Source of the DNA: an uncultured delta proteobacterium
Lineage (GTDB): Bacteria > Desulfobacterota > BSN033 > UBA1163
Length of the DNA: 64,000 nt
NCBI GenBank assembly: GCA_963708295.1
Contig: CAVPSJ010000017.1
Location: forward strand, 532,879 to 596,878
Direction: 5' to 3'
The notes below the pieces were generated by a model that saw only the letters and a list, made by a program, of their open reading frames with translations, was not told where the DNA came from and ran no database searches. Made by a program: the position numbers and the translations under genes. Below are positions 40,531 to 52,297 of this stretch, piece by piece (positions within the stretch are counted from its first letter, which is position 1; each line of letters starts with the position of its first letter).

Positions 40531-41351
40531 ATGACTTTCTCGATAGCGAAGCTGAACCGACTTCCGAAGGAGGAGCGGGATTCGATCTACCTCCGTCTCG
40601 TCCCTGAAAGCCTCTTCGAGACGTATCAAATCGACCGTCAGACCTTGACGAATCCATTCGGAGAGAAAATCGTCACGGGAATCTTTCCTCCTGACGAGAA
40701 TTTCGCATGCATCGAGGTCAAATACAGAGCGGCGGACAAGGACTGCATCTTCTCGTGTCAGGTTTCCCTGGAAGCCTTCATGCAAAGTCTTTACCTCGAT
40801 TTTCTGACGATCAACGATCCCTTCGCAGAGAGATTCAATATTGATGTCGACGAATTCGGGAAGGATACCTTACTCGGCACACGGTCGAGGAATATCCCTG
40901 AGGAGATTCGGGCCATGGAGGCCGGTCTCGCTCCCGGAATGGTCAGGCATGGGTTGCATCTCGTCAATGAATTTGTAAAATCCTGGAAGCGTTTATGACA
41001 CCGTTGGAACTGAAAACGACCACCATGGGCGCTTTTTTTTATCACAATGCCATCTTGTGGGAAAGACATGGATTTACCTATTTCAAGGGCGGCAAGATGA
41101 TGGAAAGGATCCACGGAGAATTTCAACCGGGAGGATCACTCTACCAGAAGCTGGATGATTCAACCCCTTTTCGCAGAAAGGGAATGGAGAAGACGGTGCG
41201 AGGAAGGAGTTGGGCCATCTATGACGGGATTCTCGCGGAGGCCTTCGATGAAGAGTGGGAAAGTCCCAAGATGTATAAGGCCCTGGGCAAGAGATTCCGG
41301 GACCAATACATTCCCGGGTCAGATTTATTAGTGAGGCGTTCTCGAATTTAA
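40531..41351 (+). CDS. Conserved hypothetical protein, possibly GNAT-like (frameshift at ~40985, 3' end approximate)
   Basis: ORFs 40531-40998 and 40995-41351 join with one indel; RNIPEEIRAM.AGLAPGMVR.GL and FYHNAILWERHGF.Y. Confidence 0.7.
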
Positions 41352-41593
41352 GGCGATGAATCTTGCCGCACGGAAATGGGTTTGCATGGTTCGTGAGCGA
41401 TCGAAGCGTCACCAAAGATCGCTGACCGTCCGTTCATGCGAACGCAGGCAGAGATCATTCTAGCGTGACTCTCATCAACATTTGAAGAAGTGCTGGAGAG
41501 GCAGCATTCACATAGGCTGGGGGAAAGAAGAAACAACGTTGAATCATGCCTCAAGGGAATACGGCGTCGAGTTCGCAGGTCCGGGAGAATCCT

Positions 41594-44500
41594 ATGGTTA
41601 CCAGGAAGAGGACGATAAGCGATTTAAGGAGCATTAAGGATCGAGTGAAGAAGGAAAGGCGAGCTTCGCAGAGGAGGTTTCGAAGCACGGGTTACGGTTC
41701 ATATGGGCACCTGCGGCCTGGCCTCGGGTGCCCAGAAGGTCCTGGACCGGGCACTCTCTGAACGATCCCGATGTGATCGGCCGAACATCGCCGTCTCCAG
41801 CACCGGATGCATCGGGCTGGTGCAGCCGGGAACCCTTGATCACGGTGGAGCGGATAGGGGAGGAACCGGTGATCTATCAGCAGGTGGACGATCGGAAGAT
41901 GGGCGAAGATTTTTAAACGGCACGTGCTGGACGGCAAGGTTCAAGTTGATTTGGCCCTGGCGCGGGGCAGAGCCTTCAATGAGGCGCCTCCGCCGACACA
42001 TTCGGATTTGGAAGGCATCCTCCCGCATGTCTCCCAGCTTAAATTCTTCTCCCTTCAGCAACCCCGCGTTCTTCGTAACAAGGGCTTGATCGATCCCGAG
42101 AGGATGGATGACTACATCTGGCGGGACGGCTATCAGGCAGCGGCGAAGGCATTACTGGAAATGACCCCCGCAGAAATTATTTCTGAGGTGAAGGGCTCGG
42201 GTCTTCGGAACCGCGACGCTCGCGGGTTTCCCACAGGGATCGAATGGGAGTTCTGTGCCCACTCCAAAGAGGAGGTCAGGGTTGTCGTTTGCACCGGGGA
42301 TGAAGGCGATCCGGGCGCTTCTATCGGATCCAGAGTTTTGGAGGCGGACCCCCATGCCGTGCTTGAAGGGATGATCATTGCGGCAAAGGCGATTGGAGCA
42401 CACCACGGGTTATATCACCTGCCGCCCTGAGTTTTCCTTAGCGGTGAAGAGGCTCAACCTGGCGATTGAGCAGGCCAGAGCTTATGGACTGCTCGGCAAG
42501 GACATCCTGGGTTCAGGGTTCGATTTCGACATCGAAGTTGTCCCTGGGCGCCGGCGCCTTCATTGTGCAGCGAGGAGACGGCATTGCTGGAAGCGATCGA
42601 AGGACGGCGCGGGATGCCTCCGGCCCCAGCCCTCTTTTCCTGCCATCTCGGGATTATGGAAGAAACCGACGCTCCTGAATAATGTCGAGACCTACATGAA
42701 TATCCCTCGGATTATTCTGATGGGCGGCGGAGGGTTATGCCGAATCTGGGAACCGAATCATCCAAAGGCACGAAACTCTTTTACCTGGCCGGTAAGGTCA
42801 GCAACATCGGGCTTAATTGAAGTGCCGATGGGTACCTCCGTGGGTGAAATCATCTTCGATATGGGCGGTGGGATTCCCGGCGGAAAAAAGTTCAAAGCCG
42901 TCCAGTTAGGAGGGACTGTCCGGCGGTTTTATTCCCCCGGAGCATCTCAATACCCCGATCGACTATGACGCCATTGCGAAGCTCGGCGCAAGCATGGGCT
43001 CGGGCGGCATGATCGTGATGGATGATGAGACCTGCATGGTGGATATGGCCCGCTATTTTATCGATTTTTGCCTGGGCCAGGTCTGCGGAAAAGGTGCCAT
43101 CTTGCCGGGTCCAGCCTGAACGGATGCAGGAGATTCTCCGGAGGATCTGCCGGGGCGAAGGCCGCGAGGGAGACATTGAACTCCTTGAAGACCTCGGACA
43201 GGAGATGAAAGAGAACGGCCCTTTGTGCCCTGGGCCAAGCCGCACCTAATCCGGTCCTGAGCACGATCCGTTACTTTCGACGCGAATATGAAGCCCATAT
43301 CCTCGACAAGAGGTGCCCGGCTGCAGTCTGCTCGGCACTGCTTCAAGAGTCCTTGTCAACATACCTGTCCGGTGGGCATGGACGTCCCTGCTTACATTGC
43401 CCTGATTCGGGCCGGGCGCATCGATGACGCTTACAAAGTACTCAAGCGGACCAATCCTTTTCCAAGCGTGTGCGGCCGGGTCTGCAGGCATCTCTGCGAG
43501 TCGAAATGCCGGCGGGGTCAACTCGACGAGCCGGTGGCGATCATGCATCTCAAGCGGTTCATCACTGACCATGCGAAACGGCCTGAGCCGGAATCCCTGA
43601 AAATCATCCGGAAGGAGAAGGTGGCCATTATCGGCGCGGGGCCCTCAGGGTTAAGCGCGGCCCTGGAGCTCAAGAAGACGGGGATACGGGGTCACCGTTT
43701 TTGAGGAGCTTCCTGAGGCAGGGGGCATGCTTCGTTGGGGCATCCCCGCTTACAGGCTTCCGCGAGAAGAGCTTGAACGTGAGATCGAGGAAATCCTTCA
43801 AGCCGGCGTGGAACTCCGGGTCAACACCCGGGTGGGACGGGATGTAACTTTTGAAGAGTTGGACAGCGCGTTTGATATCATTTATCTATCCGTGGGCGCT
43901 CAAAAGAGCTCCCCCCTGAACATTCCCGGGAGAAGATGCCGAAGGAGTGTTCGGCGCCGTTGATTTCCTCCGGGCTTACAACCTGGGAAAAGAGATCAAG
44001 GTAGGCAAGCACGTCGCGGTTATCGGCGGTGGAATCTCATCTGTGGACGCTGCTCGTACGGCGATGCGTTTGGGCGCGAAAAAGGTCACCCTTTACTTTC
44101 GTCACGACCGGAATGACATACCCGCACAGGAATGGGAATTTGAGGCAGCATCGGAAGAGGGTGTACAGGTGATGTACCTGGTTGCCCCGGTGAGGGTGAT
44201 CACACAATATGGAAGGGTGAGAGGACTTGAATTGACCCAGATGCGGCTCGATAAGTTTGACCAAAGCGGCCGCAGGCATCCAAAGCCGATTTTGGGATCG
44301 GAATTCATTGAAAAGGCAGAAACCGTCATCTTCGCCGTTGGCCAAAATGCCGATCTCGGATTCTTGCCGGAGGGAAGCTGGAGTCGAGATAAACGAAGGA
44401 ACCGTCAGAGTGGACAAAAACCTCCGTACAACCCATGCCAAGGTGTGGGCTGGCGGAGACATGGTGACAGGTCCTGCTACGGTCATTGATGCAATCAAGG

Positions 44501-44859
44501 CTGGCCAGACTGCGGCCCGGGCAATCGATGCTGCAATCCGTGTCAGCCAATGGGCAGGAACCGTGGATGGCTCCGGCCGAGGAAAGGATGAGATATCCCT
44601 TCGAAGGTGGGACGAGGAGCCAGTAGATCAGCCCCGGGTCTCGATGCCGAAGGCTCCATCTAAGATTCGGCGGAGCGATTTCCGAGAGGTGGAACTGGGC
44701 TATACCCTCGAGATGGCCCTTGCGGAGGCCTGTCGCTGCCTGCGCTGCGATGTGATGCTAAAAGTTTTTCACGACTCAGAAACCGCAGGCTTCAGAGCGG
44801 CTGTCGTGGATTCGTATGAGTGGCCGGCCGGTACGTGCCCCGCGGGGTCAAGTCGATAA
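41594..44859 (+). CDS. Thioredoxin-like Fd + NuoF/HydB + GltD-like fusion with degenerate nucleotide-binding motifs (many frameshifts)
   Basis: Across frames: [89 protein letters not shown]. Confidence 0.75.
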
Positions 44860-45083
44860 GACCCGACCACGGGGGGCACCATAGGAGCGAAACTTCCGTT
44901 ATGCCGCGATGACAGAGATCATTGAAGGCGGAGGTCATCTTACGAGAATCCTGTCGATGAGGCAACTTGATGAGATCCTTCATCGCGGCCCGCCGGCAGG
45001 GCGCTCGGCAGATGGCTTGCCCCCCGGGGCGTCCAACGCCTTATCTGTTGGATGAGGTCGAACCGACTACAAAAGGAGGCAAT

Positions 45084-45488
45084 ATGGCGGTCAAAGCCGA
45101 GATTCTCCTGGTGGACGATGATCATGATTTCCGCGACGCTCTTCAAATCATCTTAAGGAACCATGGCTATGAGGTTCGAACTGCGGGAATCGTCACGAGG
45201 CCCTTGAAGCGCTCGAAGTCAAGAGGCCTGACCTCATCATCCTCGACGTCATGATGACGACGGACACCGAGGGGTTTGATTTGGCTTACGAGATCAAGAA
45301 AAAGCACGGGGCTCGGAGATCTTCCCATCATCCTGTTGACCAGTTTCCTTGAAAAAGTCCGAGACGAGGGACCCGGAAAATTCCAGCATATCATGGGGGA
45401 GGAATGGCCGGCAAAATGGATGTTCGAAAAACCGGTCGACACGAAGAAGCTCATTGCCAAGATCGAAGGCATTTTGAACGAAGGGTGA
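45084..45488 (+). CDS. Single-domain response regulator (frameshifted)
   Basis: AAGGAGG RBS; ILLVDDD, PDLIILDVMM, PIILLT, EKP across frames. Confidence 0.85.
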
Positions 45489-45515
45489 TTCTATCCCCTG
45501 AATCGGAGAAAAGGT

Positions 45516-47467
45516 ATGGGCTCACCCAGCCAAAGAAACAGGTCCCCTCAACGTGCCGGATGAACTTCGCAAGCGGAAACGAATTATTCTGGGCGAGTTG
45601 AAGGAAAGAACACTTTGGTTCATCAAATTGCGCTGGTGGGTTCCTCCGAGCATTGTCATGGGCACGGCTCTCGCCCGTTGGGTTGGGGTCGAGTTCGAAT
45701 CGGGCGCCCTTTTAGGGCTGGCCTGTTTCATTCTGGTTTACAATTTTGTTTTTTACCTGTTGAGCCAAAAAGTTAGAACGGAGGCCATCCAAAAAGAGTC
45801 TATTGAGCGCTTCACTTACTGGCAGGTGGGCTCTTGACTACGGCACCATGTTTCTTCTCGTCCATTTTACGGGCGGAATCGCAAGCCCCTTCATCTTCTT
45901 CTTCGTCTTTCATGTCACTTTTTCTGCGATTTTTCTGCCCCGCCGCTCGACTTACAGTTTCGCTCTCGTCGCCGCCGCAGGCATGGGCATGATCGCAGCG
46001 GCGGAGTCTCTGGGGTGGATTCCGCATCACGATTTGCTCTTCCAGGGGAAAGCCATCGATCTGGGACAACAGCCTTTCCACCGCGTCGTGATTTTGGGTT
46101 TTTTTTCCGGCTTTGTATTCATTACCGCCGTCACGATCACGGCGGTCATGCAAATGCTCGAAAGGCGAATCCTCGACCTGGCCGAACTGACCGAGGCAGT
46201 GACGGCGCTGAACAACAAACTGAATACCCTCTATACCATGACCCAAGCCATCGGGTCCAAACAGCGCCTCGAACAGGTCTTCAGCATTGCATGCTCGGAA
46301 CTCGCGCGGGCAATGGATGTTCAGGCGATCTCCGTCAAACTCCTGAGCGAGGACGGGAAATTCCTGCAGTTTGCTTCGGCCTACGGATTGCCCGGGGAGA
46401 TTCTTAAGCATAAGGTGGTCGAGGTGGCGAAAAGCCCCCTCAACCGGAGGGTGATTGAAGGCGAGCCCTTTGTGACCGGCCATGTCACTCATGGGGAGAG
46501 TTTCCAATTCGGTGAAGATCTGGAAGCAGCCGAGTTGAATTCGGTTCAGTTTGTGCCTTTAATCGTAGAAAAGCGGGTCATTGGCATCCTGGGAGCCTAT
46601 TCCACACGGCCGGAGCAGTTTGGCCCGGAGGATTTGAATTTTTTCCGCCAGGCAGCCGGACTGGTGGCCATCGCCATCGAAAACGCCCGAGCCTATGAGG
46701 CCGTCGAGAAACCTGATTCAGGAACGATCACGGTTTATGAATCGAGTTGCCCACAACCTCAGGGCGCCGCTGACTGCCATGGCGAGCATGCTTGAGGTGA
46801 TTCGAAAACGGCTATCTGGCGGAGGTAGAATGAGGGGTTGCGTCAATACCTGAGCCGCGTTGACCACCGGGTCCGCAGCATGCTCCTGATGATTGATGAA
46901 CTGATGACCCTGGCCAAGAGTCAGAGCAAACAGCGGCAGGCCGAATTTGTACCCGTGGACTTGAAAATCCTTGCAGACCGGGTCAATCAAACCTTCCTCG
47001 AAAAGGCATCCGAGAAGAAGCTTACCTTTGAGGTAAGAATTTGCGAGGATTCCCCTCCAGTGAAGGCCGACTCGGAGCTGATGGAGCAGATGTTGGAAAA
47101 CCTCGTTTCGAACGCCATCAAGTATACCCCTGAAGGCGGCCGAGTGGAAATGGCCATCGGACCGGGAGAAAATGATACTGTCCGGATCTCCGTCAGCGAT
47201 AACGGGATTGGAATTCCAGGGGATGAAATATCCCGTCTCTCGGCAGAGTTTTTCCGGGCTTCGAATGTTAAGAACGTGATCGGCACGGGTTTAGGGTTGG
47301 CGATTGTCAAAGAGATTGTGAACCAACATGGTGGTCAGATCTATGTGGAGAGTAAAGAAGGACTGGGAACAACCTTCTCCGTTTACTTTCCTGCTGCTCC
47401 TGGGGAATCCCCGCAGAAACGAATCCTTGTGGCAAAGGAAGCGTTCCTTCTAAATACAATCCGCTAA
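45516..47467 (+). CDS. Membrane-bound GAF-domain sensor histidine kinase (frameshifted, start approximate)
   Basis: About 6 N-terminal TM, GAF (VPLIV..RVIGIL...AIAIENAR), H-box VAHNLRAPL, NLVSNAIKY, DNGIGI, GTGLGL. Confidence 0.87.
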
Positions 47468-47614
47468 AATTCTGCTTTTTTCCATTTCTTGATCCATTCT
47501 TGGAAATCATATTTTCCTTTGCAGGTTCGCACTAGATTTCAGAGAGGTTAAATCAAAATAAACGTAATAATTATAATATGTTGAATTAATGTATATTTTT
47601 TTAATAAAATTTGT

Positions 47615-47643
47615 TTGACAGGTTTTTCTAAAAGTGTTATGTT
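47615..47643 (+). promoter_or_regulatory. Putative sigma-70 promoter of the hydrogenase operon
   Basis: TTGACA-N17-TATGTT with extended -10 TG and an AT-rich upstream tract. Confidence 0.6.
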
Positions 47644-47659
47644 CACGTTAACGCATTTA

Positions 47660-47677
47660 ATGTGAAATATTTCTCAG
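47660..47677. promoter_or_regulatory. Candidate Rex operator
   Basis: ATGTGAAATATTTCTCAG just downstream of the -10 box. Confidence 0.5.
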
Positions 47678-48215
47678 AGTCAATTCTGTTCGCAGCATAG
47701 CTGCGGGACGCTAAAGATCGAGGCTTCATTGCTCTAGTCACCGATACTTTATGAAACGACATATGGCTCTCGACGTGACCTTATTTCGAACCTCAAAAAC
47801 CCGCGCCCTTCCAGGTTTTGTTCCCCAATGGGAGCTCTTTACCTTGAAAGACTGTTTAGACTCTATGATTGCGAAAATTGTCCTTGTCCATTGGACAATT
47901 TCCGCCAGAGAATACCGGGGAAGCGCAGACCGAAACAAATGAAAACAACCCTCTCTTACCTCCTTTGTATCTGGCTCAGACTCATACCGCTTGGCGATCT
48001 CCTTGAAAACGTTTATGATTCCAAGCGCCAAGCCTTTTTTCAAAGTCATCTTATGAAATTCGGGAACCGACTTCCAATCATCAATTGGATAGATTTTTCC
48101 TATCGGGCTCATGGAACAGTTATTGCAAGTTCAATACTTCACAAGCCTGTTTTCATCCTATCAGCAGAGCTGACTGGAGTTCGACAGGTATTTTTCTAAA
48201 AACGGAGACAAAATC

Positions 48216-48562
48216 GTGAATCTGAAAGAGATTGTTGGAATTATCGGGGGAAGGATTCTAACCAAACAGGCCAAGCTGGACATGGAGATTCCATCCTGCG
48301 GAGCCTCGGATTTGATGAGCGACGTTCTGTCCTTCATGAAACCGGGTTCTCTTCTCCTCACCGGTCTTATCCATCCCCAATCCGTCCGCACGGCTGAAAT
48401 GGCTGATCTTGCCGCGATTGTGTTTGTGCGCGGGAAAACCCCCGGCCCCGAGGTCATTAGTCTGGCAGATGAAGTTGGGCATCCCTCTCATCGCATCGCC
48501 TTACGGCATGTATGAAATATGCGGTCGTCTTGTACAAGGCAGGGTTAGCATCCCAGTCATGA
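48216..48562 (+). CDS. DRTGG-domain protein (frameshifted near 3' end)
   Basis: GASDLMSDVL, LLLTGL..PQSVRTAEM, IVFVRGK.P, then MYEICGRL in another frame. Confidence 0.82.
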
Positions 48563-48604
48563 AGTGAACTTCTGTACCGGCTTCTTTTCATTGGAGAAGA
48601 GCAG

Positions 48605-49574
48605 TTGGCACAAGTTCCAAAGTTCACAAAGATCCAGGAACTGATCTATGAACTGCCGATCGAGCGGGTGATGAAGAAAGATGTCGTCAAGGTCTCTCCT
48701 GATACCTCGATGACGGAATTGAAAGAAGTCCTCCGGGTCAATCGGATCTCCGGAGTGCCGGTGCTCGAGGGCGACCAACTGGTCGGGGTCATTTCGATTG
48801 AGGATCTGATCAAGGCCCTGGTGGAAGGGGACATTCAGGCCCCGGTACGAAAAAGGATGACCACGCGAATGATCACCGTCCGGGAAAATGAATCCGTGGT
48901 CGAGGCCGTCAAGAAGTTTGCTCAATACAAGGTCGGGCGACTGCTGGTGGTCAATGAACAGGGGCATCTGACGAGGTATCCTGACCGGAGGCGATATTAC
49001 CCGGGGGCTGTTGGAGGCCATCAGCCTCGACTACCACGCGGAGGAGATCAGTCGATATCGGGCCAAACACATTTTCGAAGACATCGTCTCGGATCAGACG
49101 AGCCTCATCCTCAGGTACAAGGTCAAGGCAAAAGACTTCAAAAAGGGAGGAAATGCCTCCAGCAAGCTGAAACGGGCCCTGGACCGGTTGGGAGGCGTTC
49201 CTGAGGTGATTCGGCGAGTGGCCATTTCGGCCTATGAAGCAGAGATGAATTTGATCATCCATGCCGACGAGGGCGGAGAATTGATTGCAGAGATGCAGCC
49301 CGAGGTGATCCGGATCACGGCGATCGATCACGGACCCGGGATCCCGGATGTGGACCAGGCGATGAGCCCCGGATTTTCGACGGCTCCCAACTGGATTCGA
49401 GAGCTGGGATTTGGCGCAGGGATGGGCCTGATGAATATCAAGAGATGCGCCGATTCCATGAAGCTGGAATCGACCGTAGGCGTGGGAACACAGCTGGAAA
49501 TCGTCATTCTATCTTCGACCGGAGTCCGGAGAGGAACAGAATCCCGACGGGGAGAAGGGACGGAGCCCTCATGA
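48605..49574 (+). CDS. CBS-pair + RsbW/RsbT-like Ser/Thr kinase (frameshift at ~48975)
   Basis: Two CBS repeats; RRVAISAYEAEMN..IHA, DHGPGIPD..QAMSPGFSTA, GFGAGMGL.NIK. Confidence 0.85.
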
Positions 49575-49918
49575 CGTCGCTGAAAGAGATCATCGAAAAA
49601 TTGGATCTTGAAACGGTGTCTTCAGCCAGCTTGACGGATCGACCGGTGGCGGGAGGATATGCCGCAGATCTTCTGAGTTGCGCCATGAAAGGCGCCAAGA
49701 AGGATTATCTCTGGGTCACGCTTCAGTCCCATCTCAACGTGGTGGCCGTGGCGAGTCTGCTCAACCTTGCGGGCGTCATCATCACGGAAGGAAACCGACC
49801 GGATCCGGAGACCATCGCGCGAGCGGAGAAGAGAAGGGTCGCCCTGATGGTCACCCCGAAGACGACGTTCACGGTTGTCGGTGAACTGACGTTACTGGGG
49901 GTAAAAGGGGAATCGTAG
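49571..49918 (+). CDS. DRTGG/HPr-kinase-N-like protein
   Basis: GGYAADLLS.AM, WVTLQSHLNVVAVA. Confidence 0.82.
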   Translation: MTSLKEIIEKLDLETVSSASLTDRPVAGGYAADLLSCAMKGAKKDYLWVTLQSHLNVVAVASLLNLAGVIITEGNRPDPETIARAEKRRVALMVTPKTTFTVVGELTLLGVKGES

Positions 49919-49939
49919 AGTCCGAGGCTGAATGACGAC

Positions 49940-50699
49940 ATGTTAAAGCCTTTTCTGGCAGATTTGCACATTCACACGGTGCTTTCGGGATGCGCAGAGG
50001 TGGAGATGATTCCTCCTCTGATCCTGCGGCAGGCGAAACGATTGGGATTGAGTTTGATTGCCATTACCGATCACAATGCATGTCACAACGCGGAAGCCGT
50101 GATCCAGGCATCCGCGGGAACGGACATTCACGTGCTGCCCGGGCATGGAATTACAGTCAAGGGAGGAGGTCCATCTTCTCTGCTTGTTCGATACGGTCCG
50201 TCAATGCCAGCAGTGGCAGGAAGAAGTATTTCAGAGACTTCCTCCCCTTGCCAATAAGGAAGAGATCTTTGGAGCCCAGTTTGTCGTTGACTCCGAGTGG
50301 CGAATGGGTGCGGACAGAGGAACGCTTTCTCGCCGGGGCGGCGGATATCGGCCTGGAGGAGGTGGTGGCGGAAGTTCATTCCATGGGAGGGATGGTCATC
50401 CCCGCCCATGTGGATCGCCCCTCGTTCAGCCTGCTTTCCAATCTCGGGTTGGTCCCCGATTCTCTCGAGGTCCAAGCGCTGGAGGTCACGCCTCAGTTTG
50501 TCCCGACCATCGGATTTCAGAAATGGCCTCAATTGAAGGCATGGTGTCTGATCGTCAACGGAGACGCGCATCGGCTTCAGGAGATGCAGAATCGTACCTT
50601 GTTCAAAATCGCTGCCCCCGTGGTTCAGGAGATTCGATCTGGCCCTGAGAGGGGAACAAGGCCGGCGGGTCGTGGTGGAATGGCCCGAGAGCACATTAA
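49940..50699 (+). CDS. PHP-domain phosphoesterase (frameshifted)
   Basis: DLHIHT, AITDHN, GMELQSREEVHLL, IPAHVDR, GDAH. Confidence 0.85.
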
Positions 50700-50724
50700 T
50701 TTTTCAGCCAGGAGGAACGATTGT

Positions 50725-51196
50725 ATGAACGGACAAGAAACGTTTGATTTGGCACCCCTCGACAAGATGATCGACGAATTCGGAGGAAAAGCAGGAACGC
50801 TCATCCCGATTCTGCAGCGGGCTCAGGAAATCTACGGCTATCTTCCGCCCGACGTGCTGAAACGAGTCTCCGAAAAAACAGGGATCCCTCTCAGCCAGAT
50901 CTATGGCGTCGTCACCTTCTATGCCCAGTTCTACCTGACCCGGCGGGGAAAATGTATCGTCAAACAGTGTGACGGCACGGCCTGTCACGTTCGCGGAGCC
51001 GGGAAAGATCGTGGACGTGATCGAGAAGGAGTTGGGGATTAAGGCGGGGGAAACGACGCCGGACTACAAGTTCACGTTCGAGGTGGTCTATTGTCTGGGT
51101 TCTTGCGGTCTGTCTCCTGTGGCGACGATTAACGACAAGGTGGTCGGCCGTCTGGTCCCGGAGAAAATGACCCAAATTCTGAAGGAGACGAAGTAG
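50725..51196 (+). CDS. NuoE/HydC/HoxE-like 2Fe-2S subunit (frameshift at ~51003)
   Basis: LIPILQ.AQEIYGYLP, GVVTFY, CDGTACHV, CLGSCGLSP. Confidence 0.9.
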
Positions 51197-51198
51197 GT

Positions 51199-51770
51199 GT
51201 GCGAGAGTTGTCGTTACATATTCTCGATCTCCTCGAAAATGCGGTGGAGGCAGGGGCTTCAAGAATCGACCTCACGATTCGACGAGGATTTGCAAGGCGG
51301 ACCGGATGGTGATCGAGATCACCGACAATGGATGCGGCATGAGCAAGGAGTTGATGGAACAGGTCCTGGACCCGTTTTATACCACCCGCAAGACAAGACA
51401 CGTGGGATTGGGTCTTCCGCTCTTTTCGGAGGCGGCCCGTCGTTGCGAAGGGGACCTGGTGATCCAATCAGAGCCCGGAAAGGGGACACGGGTCAAAGCG
51501 ACGTTTCGCCATAGCCACATCGACCGAGCCCCCTTAGGGGACATGCCTGCCGCCCTCTTGGCGATCCTTCTCTCCGAACGTCCGGTCGATCTGGACTATT
51601 GCCATCAAGTGGGCGCTGCGGGAATTCCGATTTGATTCTTCGGAGATACGAAAGGAACTCGAAGAGGTCCCCCTGACCCATCCGAAAGTGCGGGATTGGA
51701 TCTTTCAATTCCTGCACGAAGGAGAGGCAGGCCTTTTCCAGAGAAGAGCAGGAAAGGCAGCCTATCCTCT
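51199..51770 (+). CDS. Stand-alone HATPase/kinase-like protein (frameshifted, end approximate)
   Basis: MRELSLHILD..ENAV.AGA, DNGCGM, DPFYTTR.TR.VGLGLP, HIDRAPLGD. Confidence 0.82.
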
Positions 51771-51813
51771 AGGCGATGGACAGGGGCGCCAAGGAAGACA
51801 AGGAGGAAACAGG

Positions 51814-52198
51814 ATGGCACGATTAAAAAACATGGAAGAGCTTAAGAAAGCTTCGTGCAGAGGCACTGAAAGACCTCATGGTGCGCACCCAGACCGGCAC
51901 CCGAATTATCGTCGGGATGGGCACCTGCGGTATCGCCGCCGGGGCCAGGGAGGTCATGCATGCCATCTTGAAGGAATTGGAAGCGCGAAAGATCGAGGCC
52001 CATGTGGAAACCGTCGGATGTGTCGGCATGTGCGCCAAGGAACCTCTGGTCGACATCGAACAGGCAGGGAAATCAAGGATTCGATATGCCAACATTACTC
52101 CGGAGAATGTCCCCCGGCTGATCGAGGAACACCTGGTCAAGGGAAATGTCATCCAGGAATGGGCGATTGGCCGTTTGGATGCCAGGAAAATTCAATAA
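51814..52198 (+). CDS. Thioredoxin-like [2Fe-2S] ferredoxin (HydD-like, frameshifted)
   Basis: IIVGMGTCGIAAGAR, GCVGMCAKEPLV. Confidence 0.85.
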
Positions 52199-52297
52199 GT
52201 TTCTTGATGGGTGCAGGTTTAACGCTCAATCAAGCATCAAGAAATCAAAGATGGGACGATCCATTGACAAGGGATAACGAACAAGAAGGAGGCAGAT

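Noticed and set aside
47738-48199. ORFs in the leader of the hydrogenase operon
   Set aside because: No motifs or clear RBS, and overlapping ORFs on both strands; treated as a non-coding leader.
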